This document shows positions 1-14,765 of a stretch of DNA of 64,000 bases, piece by piece. The notes below the pieces were generated by a model. The model saw nothing but the letters and a program-made list of their open reading frames with translations, did not search any database and was not told where the DNA came from. Within the stretch, counting starts at the first letter, position 1. Every line of letters starts with the position of its first letter. Position numbers and translations under genes: made by a program. The stretch comes from Octopus sinensis (lineage: Eukaryota): assembly GCF_006345805.1 (NCBI RefSeq), contig NW_021835985.1, positions 1 to 64,000 on the forward strand. The letters run 5' to 3'.

Positions 1-3000
1 TTTAGCTATTAGATCACTAAATTTTTTGTTGTTTTTCATGTATACATTTGCAATATTTTGACATTTTCTAACCTGAAAACTTTTGAGATTTTAGTGATCT
101 CTTGGATAAATATACGCTTTTTATCAATCAGTTAACTTTTATTTAGCTCTAAATTTTTTGTTTTTTTTCAAGTACACATATGCAATATTTTGACATTTTC
201 TAACCTGAAAGCTTTTGAGATTTTAGTGATCTCTTGGATAAATATAAGCTTTTTATCAATCAATTAACTTTTATTTAGCTCTAAATTTTTTGTTGTCTTT
301 CAAGGACACATATGCAATATTTTGACATTTTCTAACCTGAAAACTTTTGAGATTTTAGTGATCTCTAGGATAAATATAAGTTTTTATCAAACAGTTAACT
401 TATATTTAGCTATGTGATCACTAAATTTTTTGTTGTTTTTCAAGTACACATATGCAATATTTTGAAAATTTCTAACCTGAAAACTTTTTTGGATTTTAGT
501 GATCTCTTGGATAAATATCAGCTTTTTATCAATCAGTTAACTTATATTTAGCTCTAAATTTTTTGTTGTTTTTCAAGTACACATATGCAATATTTTGACA
601 TTTTCTAACCTGAAAACTTTTGCGATTTTAGTGATCTCTTGGTTAAGCTTTTTATCAATCAATTAACTTTTATTTAGCTAAGAGATAACTAAATTTTTTG
701 ATGTTTTTCAAGTACACATATGCAATATTTTGGCATTTTCCAACCTGAAAACGTTTGAGACTTCAATGATATATTGGATACATTTAAGCTTTTTATCAAT
801 CAGTTACTTATATTTAGCTATTTGATCACTAAATTTTTTGTTGTTTTTCAAGTACACATATGCAATATTTTGATATCTTCTAACCTGACAACTTTTAAGA
901 TTTTAGTGATCTCTTCGATAAATATAAGTTTTTATCAATCAGTTAACTTTTATTTAGCTAAGAGATCACTTCGATAAATATAAGTTTTTATCAATCAGTT
1001 AACTTTTATTTAGCTAAGAGATCACTATATATTTTGACATTTTCTAACCTGAAAACTTTTTCGATTTTAGTGATCTCTTGGATAAATATAAGCTTTTTAT
1101 ATCAATCAGTTACTTATATTTAGCTATTAGATCACTAAATTTTTTGTTGTTTTTCAAGTACACATTTGCAATATTTTGACATTTTCTAACCTGAAAACTT
1201 TTGAGATTTTAGTGTTCTCTTGGATAAATATAAGCTTATTATCAATCAGTTAAATTATATTTAGCTCTAAATTTTTTGTTGTTTTTCAAGTACACATATG
1301 CAATATTTTAACATTTTCTAACCTGAAAACTTTTGAGATTTTAGTGATCTCTTGGATAAATATAAGCTTCTTATCAATCAGTTAACTTATATTTATCTCT
1401 AAATTTTTTGTTTTCTTTCAAGTACACATATGCAATATTTTGACATTTTCTAACCTGAAAACTTTTGAGATTTTAGTGATATATTGGATAAATATAAGCT
1501 TTTTATCAATCATTTAACTTATATTTAGGTCTAAATTTTTTGTTGTTTTTCAAGTACACCATATGCAATAATTTGACATTTTCTAACCTTAAAACTTTTG
1601 AGATTTTAGTGATCTCTAGGATAAATATAAGCTTTTTATCAATCAGCTAACTTATATTTAGCAAAGAGATCACTAAATTTTTTGTTGTTTTTCAAGTACA
1701 CATATGCAATATTTTGACATTTTCTAACTGAAAACTTTTGCGATTTTAGTGATCTCTTGGTTAAGCTTTTTATCAATCAGCTAACTGATATTTAGCTAAG
1801 AGATCACTAAATTTTTTTGTTGTTTTTCATGTACACATATGCAATATTTTGGCATTTTCCAACCTGAAAACGTTTGAGACTTTAGTGATATATTGGATAT
1901 ATTTAAGCTCATTATCAATCAGTTAACTTATATTTAGCTATTAGATCACTAAATTTTTTGTTGTTTTTCAAGTACACATTTGCAATATTTTGACATTTTC
2001 TAACCTGAAAACTTTTTCGATTTTAGTGATCTCTTGGATAAATATAAGCTTTTTAACAATCAGTTACCTTATATTTAGCTATTAGATCACTAAAGTTTTT
2101 GTTGTTTTTGAAGTACACATATGCAATATTTTGACATTTTCTACTAAACCTGAAAACTTTTGAGATTAGTGATCTCTAGGATAAATATAAGTTTTTATCA
2201 ATCAGTTCACTTATGTTTAGCTCTAAATTTTTTGTTGTTTTTCAAGTACATATATGCTATATTTTGACATTTTCTAACCTGAAAACTTTTGAGATTTTAG
2301 TGATCTCTTGGATAAATATCAGCTTTTTATCAACCAGTAACCTTATATTTAGCTTTTAGATCACTAAATTTTTTGTTGTTTTTCAAGTACACATATGCAA
2401 TATTTTGACATTTTGTAACCTGAAAACTTTTGCGTTAGTGATCTCTTGGATAAATAAGCTTTTTATCAATCAGTTAACTTATATTTAGCTCTAAATTTTT
2501 TGTTGTTTTTCAAGTACACATATGCAATATTTTGACATTTTCTAACCTGAAAGCTTTTAAGATTTTAGTGATCTCTTGGATAAATATGAGCTTTTATCAT
2601 CAGTTAACTTATATTAGCTAAGAGATCACTAAATTTTTTGTTGTTTTTCAAGTACACATATGCAATATTTTGACATTTTCTAACCTGAAAACTTTTGCGA
2701 TTTTAGTGATCTCTGGTTAAGCTTTTTATCATCAGCTAACTTATATTTAGCTAAGAGATCACTAAATTTTCTGTTGTTTTTCATGTACTCATATGCAATA
2801 TTTTGACATTTTCTAACCTGAAAACTTTTGAGATTTTAGTGATCTCTAGGATAAATATAAGTTTTTATCAATCAGCTAACTTATATTTAGCTAAGAGATC
2901 ACTAAATTTTTTGTTGTTTTTCAAGTACACATATGCAATATTTTGGCATTTTCCAACCTGAAAACGTTTGAGACTTTAGTGATATATTGGATACATATAA

Positions 3001-6000
3001 GCTTTTTATCAATCAGTTAACTTATATTTAGCTATTAGATCACTAAATTTTTTGTTGTTTTTCAAGTACACATATGCAATATTTTGACATTTTCTAACCT
3101 TAAAACTTTTAATATTTTAGTGATCTCTTGGATAAATATAAGCTTTTTATCAATCAGTTAACTATATTTAGCTCTAAATTTTTTGTTGTTTTTCAAGTAC
3201 ACATATGCATATTTTGATATCTTCTAACCGAAAACATTTGAGATTTTAGTGATCTCTTGGATAAATATAAGCTTTTCATCAATCAGTTACCTTATATTTA
3301 GCTATTAGATCACTAAATTTTTTGTTGTCTTTCAAGTACACATATGCAATATTTTGACATTTTCTAACCTGAAAACTTTTGAGATTTTAGTGATATATTG
3401 GATAAATATAAGCTTTTTATCAATCATTTAACTTATATTTAGGTCTAAATTTTTTGTTGTTTTTCAAGTACACATATGCAATAATTTGACATTTTCTAAC
3501 CTTAAAACTTTTGAGATTTTAGTGATCTCTAGGATAAATATAAGCTTTTTATCAATCAGCTAACTTATATTTAGCAAAGAGATCACTAAATTTTTTGTTG
3601 TTTTTCAAGTACACATATGCAATATTTTGACATTTTCTAACCTGAAAACTTTTGCGATTTTAGTGATCTCTTGGTTAAGCTTTTTATCAATCAGCTAACT
3701 GATATTTAGCTAAGAGATCACTAAATTTTTTGTTGTTTTTCATGTACACATATGCAATATTTTGGCATTTTCCAACCTGAAAACGTTTGAGACTTTAGTG
3801 ATATATTGGATATATTAAGCTCATTATCAATCAGTTACTTATATTTAGCTATTAGATCACTAAATTTTTTGTTTTTTTTCAAGTACACATTTGCAATATT
3901 TTGACATTTTCTAACCTGAAAACTTTTTCGATTTTAGTGATCTCTGGATAAATATAAGCTTTTTAACAATCAGTTACCTTATATTTAGCTATTAGATCAC
4001 TAAAGTTTTTGTTGTTTTTGAAGTACACATATGCAATATTTTGACATTTTCTAACCTGAAAACTTTTGAGATTTTAGTGATCTCTAGGATAAATATAAGT
4101 TTTTATCAATCAGTTCACTTATGTTTAGCTCTAAATTTTTTGTTGTTTTTCAAGTACATATATGCTATATTTTGACATTTTCTAACCTGAAAACTTTTGA
4201 GATTTTAGTGATCTCTTGGATAAATATCAGCTTTTTATCAACCAGTAACCTTATATTTAGCTTTTAGATCACTAAATTTTTTGTTGTTTTTCAAGTACAC
4301 ATATGCAATATTTTGACATTTTGTAACCTGAAAACTTTTGCGTTAGTGATCTCTTGGATAAATAAGCTTTTTATCAATCAGTTAACTTATATTTAGCTCT
4401 AAATTTTTTGTTGTTTTTCAAGTACACATATGCAATATTTTGACATTTTCTAACCTGAAAGCTTTTAAGATTTTAGTGATCTCTTGGATAAATATGAGCT
4501 TTTATCAATCAGTTAACTTATATTTAGCTAAGAGATCACTAAATTTTTTGTTGTTTTTCAAGTACACATATGCAATATTTTGACATTTTCTAACCTGAAA
4601 ACTTTTGCGATTTTAGTGATCTCTTGGTTAAGCTTTTTATCAATCAGCTAACTTATATTTAGCTAAGAGATCACTAAATTTTCTGTTGTTTTTCATGTAC
4701 TCATATGCAATATTTTGACATTTTCTAACCTGAAAACTTTTGAGATTTTAGTGATCTCTAGGATAAATATAAGTTTTTATCAATCAGCTAACTTATATTT
4801 AGCTAAGAGATCACTAAATTTTTTGTTGTTTTTCAAGTAACATATGCAATATTTTGGCATTTTCAACCTGAAAACGTTTGAGACTTTAGTGATATATTGG
4901 ATACATATAAGCTTTTTATCAATCAGTTAACTTATATTTAGCTATTAGATCACTAAATTTTTTGTTGTTTTTCAAGTACACATATGCAATATTTTGACAT
5001 TTTCTAACCTTAAAACTTTTAATATTTTAGTGATCTCTGGATAAATATAAGCTTTTTATCAATCAGTTAACTTATATTTAGCTCTAATTTTTTGTTGTTT
5101 TTCAAGTACACATATGCAAATTTTGATATCTTCTAACCGAAAACATTTGAGATTTTAGTGATCTCTTGGATAAATATAAGCTTTTCATCAATCAGTTACC
5201 TTATATTTAGCTATTAGATCACTAAATTTTTTGTGTTTTTCAAGTACACATATGCAATATTTTGACATTTTCTAACCTGAAAACTTTTGAGATTTTAGTG
5301 ATCTCTTGGATAAATGTAAGCTTTTTATCAATCAGTTAACTTATATTTAGCTCTAAATTTTTTGTTGTTTTTCAAGTACACATATGCAATATTTTGACAT
5401 TTTCTAACCTGAAAACTTTTGAGATTTTCGTGATCTCTTGGATAAATATCAGCTTTTTATCAATCAGTTACCTTATATTTAGCTATTAGATCACTAAATG
5501 TTTTGTTGTTTTTCAAGTACACATATGCAATATTTTGACATTTTGTAACCTGAAAACTTTTGCGTTAGTGATCTCTTGGGTAAATATAAGCTTTTTATCA
5601 TTCAGTTTACTTATATTTAGCTAAGAGATCACTAAATTTTTTGTTGTTTTTCAAGTTCACATATGCAATATTTTGACATTTTCTAACCTGAAAACTTTTG
5701 AGATTTTAGTGATCTCTTGGATGAATATAAGCTTTTTTTCAATCAGTTAACTTATATTTAGCTCTAATTTTTTGTTGTTTTTCAAGTACACATATGCAAT
5801 ATTTTGACATTTTCTAACCTGAAAACTTTTGAGATTTTAGTGATCTCTTGGATAAATATAAGCTTTTTATCAATCAGCTAACTTATATTTAGCCAAGAGA
5901 TCACTAAATTTTTTGTTGTTTTTCAAGTTCACATATGCAATATTTTGACATTTTCTAACCTGAAAACTTTTGAGATTTTAGTGATCTCTTGGATAAATAT

Positions 6001-9000
6001 AAGCTTTTTATCAATCAGCTAACTTATATTTAGCCAAGAGATCACTAAATCTTTTGTTGTTTTTCAAGTACACATATGCAATATTTTGACATTTTCTAAC
6101 CTGAAACTTTCGCGATTTTAGTGATCTCTTGGATAATATAAGCTTTTTATCAATCAGTTAACTTATATTTAGCTAAGAGATCACTAAATTTTTTGTTGTT
6201 TTTCAAGTACACATATGCAATATTTTGATATCTTCTAACCCGAAAACATTTGAGATTTTAGTGATCTCTTGGATAAATATAAGCTTTTCATCAATCAGTT
6301 ACTTATATTTAGCTATTAGATCACTAAATTTTTTGTTGTCTTTCAAGTACACATTGCAATATTTTGACATTTTCTAACCTGAAAACTTTTGAGATTTTAG
6401 TGATCTCTTGGATAATATAAGCTTTTTATCAATCAGTTAACTATATTTAGCTCTAAATTTTTTGTTGTTTTTCAAGTACACATATGCAATATTTTGACAT
6501 TTTCTAACCTGAAAACTTTTGAGATTTTCGTGATCTCTTGGATAATATAAGCTTTTTATCAATCAGTTACCTTATATTTAGCTATTAGATCACTAAATGT
6601 TTTGTTGTTTTTCAAGTACACATATGCAATATTTTGACATTTTGTAACCTGAAAACTTTTGCGTTAGTGATCTCTTGGGTAAATATAAGCTTTTTATCAT
6701 CAGTTAACTTATATTTAGCTAAGAGATCACTAAATTTTTTGTTGTTTTTCAAGTTCACATATGCAATATTTTGACATTTTCTAACCTGAAAACTTTTGAG
6801 ATTTTAGTGATCTCTTGGATGAATATAAGCTTTTTTTCAATCAGTTAACTTATATTTAGCTCTAAATTTTTTGTTGTTTTTCAAGTACACATATGCAATA
6901 TTTTGACATTTTCTAACCTGAAAACTTTTGAGATTTTAGTGATCTCTTGGATAAATATAAGCTTTTTATCAATCAGCTTAACTTATATTTAGCCAGAGAT
7001 CACTAAATTTTTTGTGTTTTTCAAGTCACATATGCAATATTTTGACATTTTCTAACCTGAAAACTTTTGAGATTTTAGTGATCTCTTGGATAAATATAAG
7101 CTTTTTATCAATCAGTTAACTTATTTAGCCAAGAGATCACTAAATCTTTTGTTGTTTTTCAAGTACACATATGCAATATTTTGACATTTTCTAACCTGAA
7201 ACTTTCGCGATTTTAGTGATCTCTTGGATAAATATGAGCTTTTATCAATCAGTTAACTTATATTTAGCTAAGAGATCACTAAATTTTTTGTTGTTTTTCA
7301 AGTACACATATGCAATATTTTGATATCTTCTAACCGAAAACATTTGAGATTTTAGTGATCTCTTGGATAATATAAGCTTTTTATCAATCAGTAACTTATA
7401 TTTAGCTATTAGATCACTAAATTTTTTGTTGTCTTTCAAGTACACATATGCAATATTTTGACATTTTCTAACCTGAAAACTTTTGAGATTTTAGTGATCT
7501 CTTGGATAAATGTAAGCTTTTTATCAATCAGTTAACTTATATTAGCTCTAAATTTTTTGTTGTTTTTCAAGTACACATATGCAATATTTTGACATTTTCT
7601 AACCTGAAAACTTTTGAGATTTTCGTGATCTCTTGATAAATATCAGCTTTTTATCAATCAGTTACCTTATATTTAGCTATTAGATCACTAAATGTTTTGT
7701 TGTTTTTCAAGTACACATATGCAATATTTTGACATTTTGTAACCTGAAAACTTTTGCGTTAGTGATCTCTTGGTAAATATAAGCTTTTTATCATTCAGTT
7801 TACTTATATTTAGCTAAGAGATCACTAAATTTTTTGTTGTTTTTCAAGTTCACATATGCAATATTTTGACATTTTCTAACCTGAAAACTTTTGAGATTTT
7901 AGTGATCTCTTGGATAAATATAAGCTTTTTTTCAATCAGTTAACTTATATTAGCTCTAAATTTTTTGTTGTTTTTCAAGTACACATATGCAAATTTTGAC
8001 ATTTTCTAACCTGAAAACTTTTGAGATTTTAGTGATCTCTTGGATAAATATAAGCTTTTTATCAATCAGTTAACTTATATTAGCTAAGAGATCACTAAAT
8101 TTTTTGTTGTTTTTCAAGTACACATATGCAATATTTTGACATTTTCTAACCTGAAAACTTTTGCGAATTTAGTGATCTCTTGGATAAATATAAGCTTTTT
8201 ATCAATCAGCTAACTTATATTTAGCTAAGAGATCACTAAATTTTTTGTTGTTTTTCAAGTACACATATGCAATATTTTGACATTTTCTAACCTGAAAACT
8301 TTTGCGATTTTAGTGATCTCTTGGATAAATATAAGCTTTTATCAATCAGTTAACTTATATTTAGCTAAGAGATCACTAAATTTTTTGTTGTTTTTCAAGT
8401 ACACATATGCAATATTTTGACATTTTCTAACCTGAAAACTTTTGCGATTTTAGTGATCTCTTGGTTAAGCTTTTTATCAATCAGCTAACTTATATTTAGC
8501 TAAGAGATCACTAAATTTTTTGTTGTTTTTTCAAGTACACATATGCAATATTTTGACATTTTCTAACCTGAAACTTTCGCGATTTTAGTGATCTCTTGGA
8601 TAAATATGAGCTTTTATCAATCAGTTAACTTATATTTAGCTAAGAGATCACTAAATTTTTTGTTGTTTTTCAAGTACACATATGCAATATTTTGATATCT
8701 TCTAACCCGAAAACATTTGAGATTTTAGTGATCTCTTGGATAAATATAAGCTTTTTATCAATCAGTTACCTTATATTTAGCTATTAGATCACTAAATTTT
8801 TTGTTGTCTTTCAAGTACACATATGCAATATTTTGACATTTTCTAACCTGAAAACTTTTGAGATTTTAGTGATCTCTTGGATAAATGTAAGCTTTTTATC
8901 AATCAGTTAACTATATTTAGCTCTAAATTTTTTGTTGTTTTTCAAGTACACATAGCAATATTTTGACATTTTCTAACCTGAAAACTTTTGAGATTTTCGT

Positions 9001-12000
9001 GATCTCTTGATAAATATCAGCTTTTTATCAATCAGTTACCTTATATTTAGCTATTAGATCACTAAATGTTTTGTTGTTTTTCAAGTACACATATGCAATA
9101 TTTTGACATTTTGTAACCTGAAAACTTTTGCGTTAGTGATCTCTTGGGTAAATATAAGCTTTTTATCATTCAGTTTACTTATATTTAGCTAGAGATCACT
9201 AAATTTTTTGTTGTTTTTCAAGTTCACATATGCAATATTTTGACATTTTCTAACCTGAAAACTTTTGAGATTTTAGTGATCTCTGGATGAATATAAGCTT
9301 TTTTTCAATCAGTTAACTTATATTTAGCTCTAAATTTTTTGTGTTTTTCAAGTACACATATGCAATATTTTGACATTTTCTAACCTGAAAACTTTTGAGA
9401 TTTTAGTGATCTCTGGATAAATATAAGCTTTTTATCAATCAGCTAACTTATATTTAGCCAAGAGATCACTAAATTTTTTGTTGTTTTTCAAGTTCACATA
9501 TGCAATATTTTGACATTTTTTACCTGAAAACTTTTGAGATTTTAGTGATCTCTTGGATAAATATAAGCTTTTTATCAATCAGCTAACTTATATTAGCTAA
9601 GAGATCACTAAATTTTTTGTTGTTTTCAAGTACACATATGCAATATTTTGACATTTTATAACCTGAAAACTTTTGCGATTTTAGTGATCTCTTGGATAAA
9701 TAAAAGCTATTTATCAATCAGTTAACTTATATTTAGCTAAGAGATCACTAAATTTTTTGTTGTTTTTCAAGTACACATATGCAATATTTTGACATTTTCT
9801 AACCTGAAAACTTTTGCGATTTTAGTGATCTCTTGGATAAGCTTTTTATCAATCAGCTAACTTATATTTAGCTAAGAGATCACTAAATTTTTTGTTGTTT
9901 TTCAAGTACACATATGCATATTTTGACATTTTCTTACCTGAAAACTTTTGCGTTAGTGATCTCTTGGTAAATATAAGCTTTTTATCATTCAGTTAACTTA
10001 TATTTAGCTAAGAGATCACTAAATTTTTTGTTGTTTTTCAAGTTCACATATGCAATATTTTGACATTTTCCAACCTGAAAACTTTTGAGATTTTAGTGAT
10101 CTCTTGGATGAATATAAGCTTTTTATCAATCAGTTAACTTATATTTAGCTCTAAATTTTTTGTTGTTTTTCAAGTACACATATGCAATATTTTGACATTT
10201 TCTAACCTGAAAACTTTTGCGATTTTAGTGATCTCTTGGTTAAGCTTTTTATCAATCAGCTAACTTATATTTAGCTAAGAGATCATTAAATTTTTTGTTG
10301 TTTTTCAAGTACACATAGCAATATTTTGGCATTTTCCAACCTGAAAACGTTTGAGACTTTAGTGATATATTGGATAATATAAGGTTTTTATCAATCAGTT
10401 AACTTATATTTAGCTATGAGATCACTAAATTTTTTGTTGTTTTTCAAGACACATATGCAATATTTTGATATCTTCTAACCTGAAAACTTTTGAGATTTTA
10501 GTGATCTCTTGGATAAATATAAGCTTTTTATCAATCAGTTAGCTTATATTTAGCTATTAGATCACTAAATTTTTTGTTGTTTTTCAAGTACACATATGCA
10601 ATATTTTGACATTTTCTAACCTGAAAACTTTTGAGATTTTAGTGATCTCTTGGATAAATATAAGCTTTTTATCAATCAGTTAACTTATATTTAGCTCTAA
10701 ATTTTTTGTTGTTTTTCAAGTACACATATGCAATATTTTGACATTTTGTAACCTGAAAACTTTTGAGATTTTAGTGATCTGTTGGATAAATATCAGCTTT
10801 TTATCAACCAGTTACCTTATATTTAGCTATTAGATCACTAAATTTTTTGTTGTTTTTCAAGTACACATATGCAATATTTTGACATTTTGTAACCAGAAAA
10901 CTTTTGCGTTAGTGATCTCTTGGGTAAATATAAGCTTTTTTTCATTCAGTTAACTTATATTTAGCTAAGAGATCACTAAATTTTTTGTTGTTTTTCAAGT
11001 TCACATATGCAATATTTTGACATTTTCTAACCTGAAAACTTTTGAGATTTTAGTGATCTCTTGGATGAATATAAGCTTTTTATCAATCAGTTAACTTATA
11101 TTTAGCTCTAAATTTTTGTTGTTTTTTAAGTACACATATGCAAATTTTGACATTTTGTAACGTGAAAACTTTTGCGATTTTAGTGATCTCTGGTTAAGCT
11201 TTTTATCAATCAGCTAACTTATATTTAGCTAAGAGATCATTAAATTTTTTGTTGTTTTTCAAGAACACATATGCAATATTTTGGCATTTTCTAACCTGAA
11301 AACGTTTGAGACTTAGTGATATATTGGATACATATAAGGTTTTTATCAATCAGTTAACTTATATTTAGCTATGAGATCACTAAATTTTTTGTTGTTTTTC
11401 AAGTACACATATGCAATATTTTGATATCTTCTAACCTGAAAACTTTTGAGATTTTAGTGATCTCTTGGATAAATATAAGCTTTTTATCAATCAGTTAGCT
11501 TATATTTAGCTATTAGATCACTAAATTTTTTGTTGTTTTTCAAGTACACATATGCAATATTTTGACATTTTCTAACTGAAAACTTTTGAGATTTTAGTGA
11601 TCTCTTAGATAAATATAAGCTTTTTATCAATCAGTTAACTTATATTTAGCTCTAAATTTTTGTTGTTTTTCAAGTACACATATGCAATATTTTGACATTT
11701 TCTAACCTGAAAACTTTTGAGATTTTAGTGATCTGTTGGATAAATATCAGCTTTTTATCAACAGTTACCTTATATTAGCTATTAGATCACTAAATTTTTG
11801 TTGTTTTTCAAGTACACATATGCAATATTTTGACATTTTGTAACCAGAAAACTTTTGCGTTAGTGATCTCTTGGGTAAATATAAGCTTTTTATCATTCAG
11901 TTAACTTATATTTAGCTAAGAGATCACTAAATTTTTGTTGTTTTTTCAAGTTCACATATGCAATATTTTGACATTTTCTAACCTGAAAACTTTTGAGATT

Positions 12001-13785
12001 TTAGTGATCTCTTGGATGAATCTAAGCTTTTTATCAATCAGTTAACTTATATTTAGCTCTAAATTTTTTGTTGTTTTTCAAGTACACATATGCAATATTT
12101 TGACATTTTCTAACCTGAAAACTTTTGCGATTTTAGTGATCTCTTGGTTAAGCTTTTTATCAATCAGCTAACTTATATTTAGCTAAGAGATCATTAAATT
12201 TTTTGTTGTTTTTCAAGTACACATATGCAATATTTTGGCATTTTCAACCTGAAAACGTTGAGACTTTAGTGATATATTGGATACATATAAGGTTTTTATC
12301 AATCAGTTAATTATATTTAGCGAAGAGATCACTAAATTTTTTGTTGTTTTTCAAGTACACATATGCAATATTTTGATATCTTCTAACCTGAAAACTTTTG
12401 AGATTTTAGTGATCTCTTGGATAAATATAAGCTTTTTATCAATCAGTTACCTTATATTTAGCTATTAGATCTCTAAATTTTTTGTTGTTTTTCAAGTACA
12501 CTTATGCAATATTTTGACATTTTCTAACCTGAAAACTTTTGCGTTAGTGATCTCTTGGGTAAATATAAGCTTTTCATCATTCAGTTTACTTATATTTAGC
12601 TAAGAGATCATTAAATTTTTTGTTGTTTTTCAAGTTCACATATGTAATATTTTGACATTTTCTAACTTGAAAACTTTTGAGATTTTAGTGATCTCTTGGA
12701 TGAATATAAGCTTTTTATCAATCAGTTACCTTATATTTAGCTTTAAATTTTTTGTTGTTTTTCAAGTACACATATGCAATATTTTGACATTTTCTAACCT
12801 GAAAACTTTTGCGATTTTAGTGATCTCTTGGATAAATATAAGCTTTTTATCAATCAGTTAACTTATATTTAGCTAAGAGATCACTAAATTTTTTGTTTTT
12901 TTTCAAGTACACATATGCAATATTTTGACATTTTCTAACCTGAAAACTTTTGCGATTTTAGTGATCTCTTGGATAAATATAAGCTTTTTATCAATCAGTT
13001 AACTTATATTTAGCTAACAGATCACTAAATTTTTTGTTGTTTTTCAAGTACACATATGCAATATTTTGACATTTTCTAACCTGAAAACTTTTGAGATTTT
13101 AGTGATCTCTTGGATAAATATAAGCTTTTTATCAATCAGTTAACATATATTTAGCTAAGAGATCACTAAATTTTTTGTTGTTTTTCAAGTACACATATGC
13201 AATATTTTGACATTTTCTAACCTGAAAACTTTTGAGATTTTAGTGATCTCTTGGATAAATATAAGCTTTTTATGAATCAGTTAACTTATATTTAGCTCTA
13301 AATTTTTTGTTGTTTTTCAAGTACACATATGCAATATTTTGACATTTTCTAACCTGAAAACTTTTGAGATTTTAGTGATCTGTTGGATAAATATAAGCTT
13401 TTTATCAATCTGTTAAATTATATTTAGCGAAGAGATCACTAAATTTTTTGTTGTTTTTTAAGTACACATATGCAATATTTTGACATTTTCTAACCTGAAA
13501 ACTTTAGCGATTTTAGTGATCTCTTGGGTAAATATAAGCTTTTTATCATTCAGTTTACTTATATTTAGCTAAGAGATCACTAAATTTTTTTTTGTTTTTC
13601 AAGTACACATATGCAATATTTTGACATTTTCTGACCTGAAAACTTTTGAGATTTTAGTGATCTCTTGGATAAATATAAGCTGTTTATCAATCAGTTAATT
13701 CATATTTAGCTAAGAGATCACTAAATTTTTTGTTGTTTTTTCAAGTACACATGCAATATTTTGACATTTTCTAACCTGAAAACTT
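1..13785. repeat. AT-rich tandem satellite A, about 100 monomers of 132-141 bp, running off the left edge
   Basis: Unit tttagct[aagagatca]ctaaattttttgttgtttttcaagtacacatatgcaatattttgacattttctaacctgaaaacttttgagattttagtgatctcttggataaatataagctttttatcaatcagttaacttata recurs continuously; starts at 1, 142, 274 give periods of 141 and 132. Confidence 0.97.
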
Positions 13786-14765
13786 GATAAACTATGATCT
13801 CCAGAGGTTTGATATAATCTCAGGTGACTTACAGGCACTGTTACAGTGTTGCCAGGGATGGGACGCATTATTGGACTTGGTCAAATCTGTGCCCGATGAC
13901 CTCCCTAAGACCATTCACCTACAGGCTGGAAGGGACCCCATGGCATGCCCTACACCAGATGTCTGGACATGGTAAACAATGATCTTCAGAGGTTTGATAT
14001 AATCTTGGATGATGCAGAGGCACTGGTGCAGTGTTGCCAGGGATGGGAAGCATCATTGGACCTGGTCAGCTCTGTGCACGATGACCTCCCTAAGACCATT
14101 CAGCTACAGGCTGAAAGGATCCCATGGCAAGCCCTGCACCTGATTACTGAACATGATAAACGATGATCTCCAGATGTTTAATATAATCTTGGATGATGCA
14201 GAGGTACTGGTCTGGTTTTATTCAGAGTTGGGAAGCATCATTGGACCTGGTCAGCTCTGTGCACGATGACCTCCCTAAGACTATTCAGCTACAGGCTGGA
14301 AGGGACCCAATGACAAGCCCTGCACCAGATGTCTGAACATGATGAAGAATGATCTTCAGAGGTTTGATATAATCTTGGGTGATGCAGAGCTACTGGTGCA
14401 GTTTTGCCAGGGATTGGGAGCATCATTGGACCTGGTCATCTTTGTTCACGATGACCTCCCTAAACCATTCACCTACAGGCTGGAAGGGGCTCCATGGCAA
14501 GCCCTGCACCGGATGTCTGAACATGATAAACAATGATCTACAGAGGTTTGATATAATCTTCGGTTATGCAGAGGCACTGGTGCAGGTTTGCCAGGGATGG
14601 GCACCATTATTTGACCTGGTATGCTCTGTTCACGATGACATCCCTAAGACCATTCAGCTATAAGCTCGAAGGGACGCCACGGCAAGCTCTGCACCAGATG
14701 ACTAAACATGATAAACAATGATCTCCAGAAGTTTGATATAATCTTGGGTGAATCAGAGGCACTGA
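13786..14765 (+). repeat. 185-bp satellite B, about 5 diverged copies
   Basis: Unit gatctccagaggtttgatataatcttgggtgatgcagaggcactgg...gaccattcagctacaggctggaagggacccc repeats at about 185 bp and joins satellite A abruptly. Confidence 0.93.

Noticed and set aside
1-13785. Satellite A unit lengths and common indels (9, 6, 3 bp) are all multiples of three, suggesting a coding repeat
   Set aside because: The frames examined carry stops in nearly every monomer and many single-base indels occur; the short ORFs in the track are chance read-throughs.
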